DNA from: a bacterium
GTDB lineage: Bacteria > UBP15 > UBA6099
NCBI GenBank assembly: GCA_029564595.1
Contig: JAKQPS010000113.1
Span: 32,227-96,226, forward strand
Direction of reading: 5' to 3'
Length of the DNA: 64,000 nt
In this document: positions 48,359 to 57,489 of the stretch, one piece after another
How positions within the stretch are numbered: position 1 is the stretch's first letter
How the letters are laid out: every line of letters begins with the position of its first letter
Made by a program: the position numbers and the translations under genes
Notes under the pieces: model-generated
Told to the model about the DNA's origin: nothing
Seen by the model: only the letters and a program-made list of their open reading frames with translations
Databases searched by the model: none

Positions 48359-48635
48359 TGCCGCTTCCCCCTTTCTTTTTTGTTCGCGTGATGGCAAAAT
48401 CAGGGCATCTCAGTTCGCACACGCCGCAGCTTACACAATCCGATGGCTTGGCCAGTTTTGCTTTCTGCTTGGCTTCGTCTAGTATCAGAGCGCCCTGAGG
48501 ACAGAACTCGACGCAAATTCCGCATCCCTTGCACCATTTCTCGAACACCACTATCGGAAGGTCTACGCCGTTGACTTCGTCCTGTTCGACGCGTCCCACA
48601 AGGTCGGGTTTTCTCCGACTCTTCGCTTTAACCAT
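48339..48635 (-). CDS. korD: 2[4Fe-4S] ferredoxin subunit (delta)
   Basis: CKGCGICVEFCP and CVSCGVCELRCP. Confidence 0.9.
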   Translation of the reverse strand: MVKAKSRRKPDLVGRVEQDEVNGVDLPIVVFEKWCKGCGICVEFCPQGALILDEAKQKAKLAKPSDCVSCGVCELRCPDFAITRTKKKGGSGNGEKSD

Positions 48636-48890
48636 GCATGCGCCTCCCCTGTCGTCGTCTCCGCATATTATACTACCGGGAAAACTTAAATACATGTCGA
48701 AAAACGAATTCAACCATATCATGCCCAGACGCGAAACGATGCCGCCGATTATCCGCGCCCGCGTATTGCCTGTCCGCAATGCATTACACAAATTTCAATA
48801 TTTTTAAAACCCTTGCCCGCGCGCTTAAAATTCTGCTAAACTACTAATCGCAAGGCGCATGTGAAAAAAATAACAAGGGGGCCGGGTTTT

Positions 48891-49937
48891 ATGAAAAACG
48901 AGATAGTTCTCGTTACAGGTTCTGGCGGTTTCAACGGTCGTGTCGTTCTGGAAATGCTGAAAGAAAAAGGATATAAAGTGCGCGCGACGGACCTCGAAGT
49001 CGGCGAACGCACCGCAAGCAGAGATTATTACGATTCTCTCGGAGTGGAGTTCATCCCTTCCGATCTCACGAAGCCTGAAACGCTTCCCGCAGTTCTGAAA
49101 GGCGTCAAATGCATTATGCATACTGCGTCGCTCTTTGACTACAGCGCCACGCTGGAAGCCAACAACGTTATCAATGTTGACGGCGGGCGCAACCTTCTAG
49201 AAGCGTGCGTTGCCGCGGGCGTGGACAAAATTATCCTCTGGGGCACAATCGGCGTTTACGGCGTGCAGGAGATATTCCCCGTTACCGAAAAGAATCCGCC
49301 CAACCCCGGAAACGCTTACGAAATTTCCAAATATGAGCAGGAAAAGCTCTTTCTCGGTTATGCCGCAGAAGGAAAAATCAAAGTGGCGGTGATGCGCCCC
49401 GCTCCTGTTTACGGGCCGCGCAACAGGTACGGCTTCATCAACATAGTCAAACTTGCCACAGCCGCCCCAGCGATACCGGTGCCGGAGAAGCTTGAAGTCA
49501 GACTGCCTTCCATCCATGTCAAAGACGTGGCTCGCGCCGGCATATTCCTATTCGAAGCGCCGGACGAAAAGACAAACGGAGAAGTCTTCACGCTCATCGA
49601 CGATTCCTGCATCCGCGTGTCCGACTTCCTGTACCTCATAGCCGGTCTTCTCGGCAGACCCACCATGCCGATTAAAATCAGCTTGGACAGAAACATCCTG
49701 ATTAGCATCGGCCATCTGGCCGCCAAGATATCCGCCGCAGGCGCAATCCACCTCACTCACAAACGCCCCATCCTCGAAGACGCGACCGTCGGCTACCTTC
49801 AGTACGATTACATTTTCTCCAACCAGAAGCTTAAAGACATCGGGTTCAAGTTCGCATACCCCGACGTCCGCGTCGGACTCATTGAAATGACGGACTGGAT
49901 AAAAGAAGAAAATTACGAGCCTTTGAAACTTTTTTAA
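48891..49937 (+). CDS. NAD-dependent epimerase/dehydratase (extended SDR)
   Basis: VTGSGGFNG, HTAS, YEISK, RPAPVYGP. Confidence 0.9.
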   Translation: MKNEIVLVTGSGGFNGRVVLEMLKEKGYKVRATDLEVGERTASRDYYDSLGVEFIPSDLTKPETLPAVLKGVKCIMHTASLFDYSATLEANNVINVDGGRNLLEACVAAGVDKIILWGTIGVYGVQEIFPVTEKNPPNPGNAYEISKYEQEKLFLGYAAEGKIKVAVMRPAPVYGPRNRYGFINIVKLATAAPAIPVPEKLEVRLPSIHVKDVARAGIFLFEAPDEKTNGEVFTLIDDSCIRVSDFLYLIAGLLGRPTMPIKISLDRNILISIGHLAAKISAAGAIHLTHKRPILEDATVGYLQYDYIFSNQKLKDIGFKFAYPDVRVGLIEMTDWIKEENYEPLKLF

Positions 49938-49959
49938 TTTTAGTCGCAACACGCAACCG

Positions 49960-49993
49960 AAACCGCGAGCGCATTCAGCTCGCGGTTTTTTTT
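49960..49993 (+). terminator. Intrinsic terminator
   Basis: AAACCGCGAGC-gcattca-GCTCGCGGTTT followed by a T tract. Confidence 0.85.
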
Positions 49994-50134
49994 GTTGCGC
50001 GTTTTAATCAAAATGTCATTTTGTCTAATCGCAGCATTCTCAAGCGCGCATTTTATTGTTTTAATGCGCCATGTTCCTGTTATAATACTTCAGGCGTTCG
50101 CAGGCGGCCGCATAAACTGAAAGGCGGAACTAAA

Positions 50135-51064
50135 ATGAAATTTAAGTTGTTTAATCGGTTTTCATTCATATTGTGTTTATCTATTGTCATGGCGCTCTTT
50201 TCTTTTCTCCTTACAGGATGCAGACCTGATTCGTCTTCCGGTCAAATTGAAAAATGGATGGGAGACTACGCCTCCGAGATGTCCGAGCGAGGTTTGAATC
50301 TACAGGCTATACAAGCATACGAAAGAAGCCTTTCGGTGTCAGGGCTGACCGCTTCGGACAAAGCGGAAATCCATTTTGCCATTGCGGAAATATACAGAGA
50401 AAAGATGTCTGACTGCGACAATGCTCTGGCCCACTACGTAATGATCGACTATATCCAACCGGACGGGAGTTTTGCAAAGAAATCCGCGCCGCTGATTTCA
50501 GAGTGTATGGAAAAAACCGGACGCTTCATGGACGCGCGCCGCGCCGTTGAAGGCGAGAAAACGGACGCCGAAAAGGAAACTATCGTAGCGGTGGTCAAAG
50601 GCGTGGAGATTACGCTGTCGGACTTGGATCAGATTGTCAGAGACACGATGATGGACCCAAGCCAGTTATCAAGAGAAGAAAAAATCGAACTGCTCAGCGC
50701 AAGAATATCTCAGGAGCTTATGGCCGACGCCGCTTTGCAAAAAGGTTATCATAAAGACCCGGATATTCAGAAAAAAGTCGAAGAATTCAGGCGCGCTCAA
50801 CTCGCCAACAAGGTTTTTCAGGAGGAAATACGCGGAAAATCGAGAGTGTCGCCGGAAATCGTAAAAAGGTATTACGATGAGAACAGGAGCCTTTTTACTG
50901 ATGAAAACGGCAACATCGCCCCATTTGAACTGGCAAGCTCCCAGATATACGCAAAATTAAATCTCGACGCGCAACAGAGAGCTGCCCAGACGTATCTGCA
51001 AAGCTTGCTGGCTTCTGAAAAAACAGAGATATTCAGAGACAGAATACCCGACAAAGCGAAGTAG
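50135..51064 (+). CDS. Lipoprotein with TPR-like and SurA/PrsA N-terminal chaperone-like regions
   Basis: Lipobox LLTGC; TPR-like helices; VA.VKG.EIT..DL, A.QKG..KDP, V..YYDEN...F. Confidence 0.7.
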   Translation: MKFKLFNRFSFILCLSIVMALFSFLLTGCRPDSSSGQIEKWMGDYASEMSERGLNLQAIQAYERSLSVSGLTASDKAEIHFAIAEIYREKMSDCDNALAHYVMIDYIQPDGSFAKKSAPLISECMEKTGRFMDARRAVEGEKTDAEKETIVAVVKGVEITLSDLDQIVRDTMMDPSQLSREEKIELLSARISQELMADAALQKGYHKDPDIQKKVEEFRRAQLANKVFQEEIRGKSRVSPEIVKRYYDENRSLFTDENGNIAPFELASSQIYAKLNLDAQQRAAQTYLQSLLASEKTEIFRDRIPDKAK

Positions 51065-51258
51065 TTTGAGCGGCTATCGACGTCCTGAATGTTACATGTT
51101 TAATTAACACACAAAATAATCTGGAACCTGCGGAATCGTCGCTGAGAAGCGCGTATGAATTTTAGTTGTGTTTTATAGCTTAACCATCTATCCATATAAA
51201 CGGCTCGTATGTTATAATCACACTCCAAAATATTGACTGCCGACGGAGGGTGGGAACA

Positions 51259-52050
51259 ATGTCTCTTGATTTCAGCAAAATGGAAGTTATCAATCAAGGC
51301 AAAACAAAAATCATATATCAGAACCCTGACGACGCAGGTTCGGTGTACATGGCGTTCAAGGACGACATCACCGCCGGAGACGGAGTCAAGCGCGACGTGA
51401 TTGAAGGCAAAGCGCTTATCGACTGGAAAACGAACCGGGACATTTTCGAACTGCTCAACCGCAGAGGCGTTCGCACTCACTACATCTCCAGCCCCGCCGA
51501 AAAAGTCTCGCTGGTCAAAAAATTGGACAGAAAAATCAACCTCGAAGTGATAGCGCGCCGCGTCGCCGCCGGCTCTATCCTTAAATGGAGCAATGTGGCG
51601 GAAGGCGACCGCTTCGATCCGCCCTCCGTTCAATTCCACTATAAAGACGACCCTCTCCACGACCCGATGCTCGACGAGGCTTATATCGATTTTATGATCC
51701 GCGAAAAGAATTCCTTCGAATACGCCGACATGCGGCGCATCAATGTCGAGGTCTTCCTCATCCTTGAAGAGGCATTCGCAAAGTTCGGCGTCCAGCTTGT
51801 CGACTTCAAGCTCGAATACGGCATAATCGACGGAAAAACCACGCTGATAGACGAAATCACGGGCGGGTCTTTCAGGCTGTGGCCGTACGCGAAGGAAAAT
51901 CCAAACCTGAACCAGCCGAATGTCATTTCAGAACTTAATCCCGCAGGCAGGCTCGACAAGGATATCTACCGAATGGGCGGAGACCTTGCAGTCGTGTCGA
52001 ACAAGTTCGCTGAAATCGCGTCTATAACCGAAAAGTTCAAGGACCTCTGA
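51259..52050 (+). CDS. purC: SAICAR synthetase
   Basis: GKTKIIY, FKDDITAGDG, LEVIARRVAAGS, YKDDPLHDP, LVDFKLEYG, DEI, LDKDIYR. Confidence 0.95.
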   Translation: MSLDFSKMEVINQGKTKIIYQNPDDAGSVYMAFKDDITAGDGVKRDVIEGKALIDWKTNRDIFELLNRRGVRTHYISSPAEKVSLVKKLDRKINLEVIARRVAAGSILKWSNVAEGDRFDPPSVQFHYKDDPLHDPMLDEAYIDFMIREKNSFEYADMRRINVEVFLILEEAFAKFGVQLVDFKLEYGIIDGKTTLIDEITGGSFRLWPYAKENPNLNQPNVISELNPAGRLDKDIYRMGGDLAVVSNKFAEIASITEKFKDL

Positions 52051-52223
52051 GACTTCTCTTTGCGCGCGGTTTTCTGCTGACTATTCCCGGTTTTGCCCCG
52101 GAACGCGTTCGTATATGTTATACTTCTATCTGCCGGGGACGGACGCGATAGTGTATTCAGGCTCCATTCTCGATGCGTAATTCAGCGGTTTCTTTTTGAC
52201 GCATTACATGCCGGAGCGAAAAC

Positions 52224-53621
52224 ATGCCGCATCATGAACAAAAAGACGAACTGAGAGTCGATGAAAAATTCTATAATAAACTCGGCGTTGACGACGATAA
52301 AGCGCTTGCCAACATAGAGAGCGCGATTGAGTTGTATCAGGGCAAACACGACCGCGCCGGTAGAACCGACGCCGCCATAAATTTCGAAAAATCGCTCAGC
52401 ATACTGTCGGTGTCGTTCGTGAGGCTGTGTCAGGAAATCCTTCGCGCCACTGACGGAGCGTTCTCGCCCGAACAAAGGCTTTTTTTGAATTTCGGCGTGG
52501 TGGATCCGAGGCTTTTTTCGAGTTTGACCGTAATCGGAGACCTTGTGGCGGAGATAGATTCGCGTCAACCCTCCGAAAGATTCGAATCCTACTATATGGA
52601 TGAATGGCTTGAGAGAATAGCGCGCGGCGCTATTGCTCCCACTTCAGAGGCCGCCAAAGTCAAATCAAAGACAAAAAGTCAGGAAGTGGAAGACGCCCGG
52701 CGCGAAAAGAAAAGGAAACTTGAAATTGAGCTTGAGTCTCTTTCCGGAGAAGAGCTTGACGCGTTCGTGATATTCAAGGATTTATACGGAAACTATTACC
52801 CCGACGCCGACCAGAACGGCAAACTCAAGGAATTGGCAGATATAAGAAAAACCGTCTCTAATCTGGAGAGAATCATCAAAGAACAAAATGCCAAGATGGC
52901 GGAAATCGAGTCGCTTACGGTCAAGGAAACCGCCGGAGGCGGCACTATCGCTGAAAGCCGCCGCTCGACAAGATTCGCCAGAATGCGAGAGGAATTCGAC
53001 ATCCTAGTGACCGTGATGAGAAGCTGCGCGGCTAGAGGCGGTCTTGTGAAAAACACTCCCGCTCTCATAGATAAATGGATTCCTATGGACTCCCGCGTCA
53101 GCGTAAACACGATCGCTCACGTTGAGAGCAAATTCTCGGAGTTTGAAAGTCTTGATTACACCATTTTCACGGACGCGAAGGGCGCTCGCAAGGCTCCAAA
53201 AGTCCTTGTTCTACCGGGCGTCGGAGCGGGCATGGCATGGAAAGACCGCATTATGGTTTCGTTGTTCCCGCCTCCAGCCACTCAGCCGGACATCAGCCTC
53301 ATCAAGACCTTCGCCGGCTACCGCTGGCACATCGCCACTTCGTCTTTTAACTGGAAACACCTCCCCGGCGAACTCGGCAGCATGTATCAGCTTATTTACC
53401 CCGACCTGACATACAACAACCTCGAAAAATCTTTCACAGACGACTACGTGAACTGGATGACGAAAGAAGCTCAAGGGTTTCAGGTTCTTTCCGCTCAAAC
53501 CCGGATACTGTTCTGGAAGAAAATCCCCTTCCCCGCCGAATACAAGCGGAAGCTCTCCAAACGCGCTGCGGCCTATGCCAAGCTCTACGCCGAAGACCTC
53601 GCCCGCGGAATATCAAGCTAA
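52224..53621 (+). CDS. Hypothetical protein with central coiled coil
   Basis: 465-aa ORF with host-like codon pattern; no family recognised with confidence. Confidence 0.8.
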   Translation: MPHHEQKDELRVDEKFYNKLGVDDDKALANIESAIELYQGKHDRAGRTDAAINFEKSLSILSVSFVRLCQEILRATDGAFSPEQRLFLNFGVVDPRLFSSLTVIGDLVAEIDSRQPSERFESYYMDEWLERIARGAIAPTSEAAKVKSKTKSQEVEDARREKKRKLEIELESLSGEELDAFVIFKDLYGNYYPDADQNGKLKELADIRKTVSNLERIIKEQNAKMAEIESLTVKETAGGGTIAESRRSTRFARMREEFDILVTVMRSCAARGGLVKNTPALIDKWIPMDSRVSVNTIAHVESKFSEFESLDYTIFTDAKGARKAPKVLVLPGVGAGMAWKDRIMVSLFPPPATQPDISLIKTFAGYRWHIATSSFNWKHLPGELGSMYQLIYPDLTYNNLEKSFTDDYVNWMTKEAQGFQVLSAQTRILFWKKIPFPAEYKRKLSKRAAAYAKLYAEDLARGISS

Positions 53622-53696
53622 ACAACAATGTTTTATCGCCCTGTTTAGCGGATGTTTTTGATTCGACCGGCTTTGTTCTTTAGTTGTATATACCTT

Positions 53697-53926
53697 CATT
53701 AAACCCGAATTCGTCGATAGAACCGACGAACCGGGGCGATTTTCATAGCGGCGAACCGCTTCGTTCCCGCCTCGAAAATTTGTTCAATAGGGGCGCGGTT
53801 TCCGCGCCCGACAACTGCTGCGATTTGGGGCGGGGCAACCCCGCCTCTACTGCGAAATGCGCTTTGCGTTCCGCTTTTCATCCGCGCTGAACAATCGCTT
53901 TCGAATCCTGATTAAGGATTCGGATT
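53697..53926 (+). mobile_element. MITE-like dispersed repeat, copy 3, carrying a REP doublet (53787-53850)
   Basis: Aligns with copies 1 and 2; insert ATAGGGGCGCGGTTTCCGCGCCC...GGGCGGGGCAACCCCGCCTCTAC. Confidence 0.8.
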
Positions 53927-54042
53927 AAAGCATAAAAAGCTGTGATATCCTGCCGGGTTCGCGCTGACGGAATGAAGGTGGATAAGAGCATCTCGCCGCT
54001 TGGAAGATACTGATTGCCGCGCGCCATTATTCCTATCTTATC

Positions 54043-54603
54043 TTAGCCGTTTGACATAAAAAAAGCCGAACTGCTGAGAGCGATCTTCGGGCGGTCCGTC
54101 AATTTGAAACCAGCCTCTTCGATTGTCTTTATCGTTTCATCGAATTGTCGCAAAGAAACATGAAACTTAGGCTCCATAATAAGGAATCCTGCTCCCGGCT
54201 TTAGACATGCCCGCAAACGGCTGAGAAATAGCGGCAGGTTATCCACCTCGTGAATAACCCAACTGGCGACCGCGAAATCAGCCTGAATAGGAAGCTCCGG
54301 CCCGTCTGAAGGCGCAAGCGCGGTTGTTATGCGGTCGCCCACGCCGGCCCGCGCGGCGCGTTTCGCAAGCACGTCCAGCATCGGCTGTTGTATGTCGCAA
54401 CTATAGACGCGTCCGCGCGGCCCCGCGACTTTCGCAATGGCTATTGAAAAAAAGCCCATGCCACATCCCAAGTCCAGAGAGACAGCTCCTTCATTGATAT
54501 ATGGACGGACTATCTGCTCAGGATTTTGGAAAAGCCGCCTCAGCGTGTTGTCGAAAAAATACGCGTTCCTCCACGGACACACACGATGACTGTCAACAGA
54601 CAT
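54043..54603 (-). CDS. Class I SAM-dependent methyltransferase
   Basis: LDLGCGMGFF, CDIQ..ML, VIHEV, LKPG; GGAGG RBS. Confidence 0.92.
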   Translation of the reverse strand: MSVDSHRVCPWRNAYFFDNTLRRLFQNPEQIVRPYINEGAVSLDLGCGMGFFSIAIAKVAGPRGRVYSCDIQQPMLDVLAKRAARAGVGDRITTALAPSDGPELPIQADFAVASWVIHEVDNLPLFLSRLRACLKPGAGFLIMEPKFHVSLRQFDETIKTIEEAGFKLTDRPKIALSSSAFFMSNG

Positions 54604-54809
54604 AAATGTTTCCTCCGCATTCAAAACAACCATGTTTTGCCTTGTCAGGATATTTGAAACAAAATAGATGATATTCTGTCCGCGTCAAACAAGAACGAAG
54701 CGACAAGCCGCTTCGTATGTAACCGAGTTCAAGTCGACTATTCAAGACCATATAGCTCTCTTGTTTTTGTTTGGTTCGTTTCTTCAGTTGAAAAGTCTGT
54801 CGCGCGCGA

Positions 54810-57428
54810 TTATTCGCGAGCGATGTCCGCATATAGCGACGTTTTCTGCTCCATGACATTGGCGTTGAGTTTTATCGGACGGTTGAACAGAGAGCGGGCT
54901 TCTATCAGTTTCACCGCGCGGCTCATAGAAGAGTCTTCAGGGAGAAGCTCTTCGAGCATGTTGCGCGCGGATTCCAGAGCCTGCGCGTTAAACAGGTTTC
55001 CTTCGACATTCGGGAAGTAAGCGATGTACAGGATGTCCATCTCCACCAAGTCGTTGAAGAAATGAGTGCCGAGAGAAACTTCGGGGATAAGGTTGTCGTT
55101 CATAGCGACAAGTTCGCAGATAACAGAGGCGGCGTTGATTTCGGTGAAGGAAACCGGAAGCCCCAGTTCGGGCATGGAAGACCCCCAACGGCCGGGGCCT
55201 ATCATCATGATGTTGCCGCCGGATTTGAGTTGCGGGAGGCGGGCAATCTTTCCTATGAGTCTGGCGGCGGCGTACCTGTCCGAGCGAGGAAGCTCTCCGT
55301 ATACCGAGGGAGGCACATAGATTATCCAGTCTATGTTGATATCGCGGCTTTTTCCGATGACAGCGCCGGTGGACTTCATAATCAGATTTTCGACGGGGAT
55401 AACGGGAGTCTCGGCGACTTCCCCGACCCCTTTGATGTTCAGGGGACGACATTGCAAAAGATTGATTCTGAGAGCGCCGTCGTCAGTGAAGTTGCCAGTG
55501 AACTCGATGTCAACGTCGGCGCCGTAAGCCTCACGCAGGATTGACATCATCTCGCGCATATCATCGGCGAAAGAGGTTTCCTTGAGGAGTTTGTTGAAAG
55601 TGAGGGCGCGGGAGGAAACATTTTTCATGCCGGCGGCTGCGGCGCGCCTGTCTGTTTCGGAGTCCCGCGAAGACACCATCTCAAGAGGAATGTCCTCGCA
55701 CCTATTGGCAATTTTCTCAAAGGACATGAAGACCAGTTGGTTGGAATCAAGGTCGATCACGTCAGCTCTGCGCTGCGCGTATTTTCTCACTTTGTCGAAG
55801 CTGGATTCCGGGCGCATGCCGGGCATGTTGAGGGCGACGATTCTGGTGTAATCGTCGTCCACGCGGTCGACGGCGCGTGTTCCCAACCCGAACACGAGCC
55901 TGAGCATTCCCGCCTCCGGCACGATGCGTTTGTCCCAGACATAAGGATTGTGGGAGTAGCCGACGCCCGCGATGTGCGGGAAGAAAAGCCGGTTGTGGAA
56001 GGAGCCGGACACGCGTTGAACGAGCAGAGCCATCTGCTCATCCTGTTGGAGAAGTCCGCGCCTCGCGCGGTATGAAAGAGCTTTCTCGCTCATTGAGCTG
56101 GCATAGATGGACAACGCGGCGGAGATGAAATCTTCGAGCCTTTTCTCGCGAGGCCCCTGATTGGCGCAGAACACGCTTTCGTATTTTCCTGAAAACGCAT
56201 TCAGATAATTGTCTTCAAGAAGACTGCTCGACCTTACGATTATCGGCGACTGCCCGAAGTAGTCGAGCATATCCGCGAACTGCTTAATGATGGAATCCGG
56301 GAACTGGCCGACGAGCATCCTTCTGCGCGCCTGTCCCGCTCCTTCCATGAACCTTTCAGGGTCTTTCTGTTTTTCTCTGATGTGCCAAAGTCCGTTATGA
56401 ACGATAAATGAATAGAAGACATCCGAGCCGACGTAAAAAGAATCGTGCGCTTCAAGAAGGTCGGGCCACCGTCCGCCTTGTTTGCGAAGTATAGCGCGGG
56501 ATATGAGCATGCCGACTGACTTGCCGCCTATCTGTCCGCTGCCTATCATCCTCGATTTTATCTGCAACACATCGGAAAGAGTCAGGCATGAGCGAGCCAG
56601 TTCGAGAACCCGCGCGTCGCGGGATATCGTTATCCCGGCCAGTTTCGAGAGAGCGTCCGCCGCGTCGCTCTCAGGCCGTTCACCGCGTTTCACCGCATCG
56701 TTGATTTCTTTCGCCTCAGCGTAAATCCTTTCAAGGTCGCCCAAAGCGGCTTCGTTTTCTCCGGGGTTGACGCCCGGAGCGGACATCATAACGTCTGAAA
56801 TGGAAGCGCTGTTTGTGACGGGTTGGAAACCTGAGCCGTCCCATACGTGCAGCATGTACATGGTGGGCGAATATCTGCGCTGTACTTTCAGAGGATGGAG
56901 ATACAATTCTCCGCTCTGTCTGAAAACGTTTATTATCACTTGGGCGGTGTTGTGTATGCGCTGGATGACGTCCGAAGAGTTGCGTCCACGCAACAACGCA
57001 AAATAGGCGATAGCTTCAACATCCAGAAGGTAAGGGCAAATCAGCACGAACATGTTGCCGAGCATCTGATCGCTGTGCCAGCGCTCCGAAAGGTCGGTCA
57101 GGCTGTCGAAGATATAGAAAGCGCCGCGGCCGTTCTCCCGGATTACGGCGTGGAGGTCGGAAATAAATTTCTCAAACCCGGCTTCCAGAGCGGGGCGAAC
57201 GATGTCCACGCCTGAATCCTCCGGCACAAGAGGCCGGTGGGAGCCGAACCGGAAATACACCACCTTGCGCCCTTTGGCCCTCGCGCTCTGCCAGTACGGA
57301 GCGAGAAAGAACTCATAATCCTCAAGGGTGTCAGCGCGCCAAACGATGTTGTCTCCGGGGATAAGCCCGCGCAACGTGTTGTCCAGACCGGGAAGCCCGG
57401 TGCTGAGTTGGGAATCTATCTGAGTCAT
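54810..57428 (-). CDS. PEP/pyruvate-binding (PPDK_N-like ATP-grasp) protein with degenerate RecA/KaiC-like N-terminus
   Basis: STGLPGLD N-terminus; IGGKSVG, VRSSSLLED...FSGKYES, GLGTRAVD, DIEF, LLQCRP, GPGRWGS, GTHFF. Confidence 0.85.
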   Translation of the reverse strand: MTQIDSQLSTGLPGLDNTLRGLIPGDNIVWRADTLEDYEFFLAPYWQSARAKGRKVVYFRFGSHRPLVPEDSGVDIVRPALEAGFEKFISDLHAVIRENGRGAFYIFDSLTDLSERWHSDQMLGNMFVLICPYLLDVEAIAYFALLRGRNSSDVIQRIHNTAQVIINVFRQSGELYLHPLKVQRRYSPTMYMLHVWDGSGFQPVTNSASISDVMMSAPGVNPGENEAALGDLERIYAEAKEINDAVKRGERPESDAADALSKLAGITISRDARVLELARSCLTLSDVLQIKSRMIGSGQIGGKSVGMLISRAILRKQGGRWPDLLEAHDSFYVGSDVFYSFIVHNGLWHIREKQKDPERFMEGAGQARRRMLVGQFPDSIIKQFADMLDYFGQSPIIVRSSSLLEDNYLNAFSGKYESVFCANQGPREKRLEDFISAALSIYASSMSEKALSYRARRGLLQQDEQMALLVQRVSGSFHNRLFFPHIAGVGYSHNPYVWDKRIVPEAGMLRLVFGLGTRAVDRVDDDYTRIVALNMPGMRPESSFDKVRKYAQRRADVIDLDSNQLVFMSFEKIANRCEDIPLEMVSSRDSETDRRAAAAGMKNVSSRALTFNKLLKETSFADDMREMMSILREAYGADVDIEFTGNFTDDGALRINLLQCRPLNIKGVGEVAETPVIPVENLIMKSTGAVIGKSRDINIDWIIYVPPSVYGELPRSDRYAAARLIGKIARLPQLKSGGNIMMIGPGRWGSSMPELGLPVSFTEINAASVICELVAMNDNLIPEVSLGTHFFNDLVEMDILYIAYFPNVEGNLFNAQALESARNMLEELLPEDSSMSRAVKLIEARSLFNRPIKLNANVMEQKTSLYADIARE

Positions 57429-57489
57429 GCCCGCCCTCTAAGCGCTCCGGTATTGAATATCAAAATGCTCATTAATTCCGAAACCGCCG

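Noticed and set aside
51065..51258. Purine or ZTP riboswitch upstream of purC
   Set aside because: No recognisable aptamer consensus or terminator; only a weak imperfect inverted repeat.
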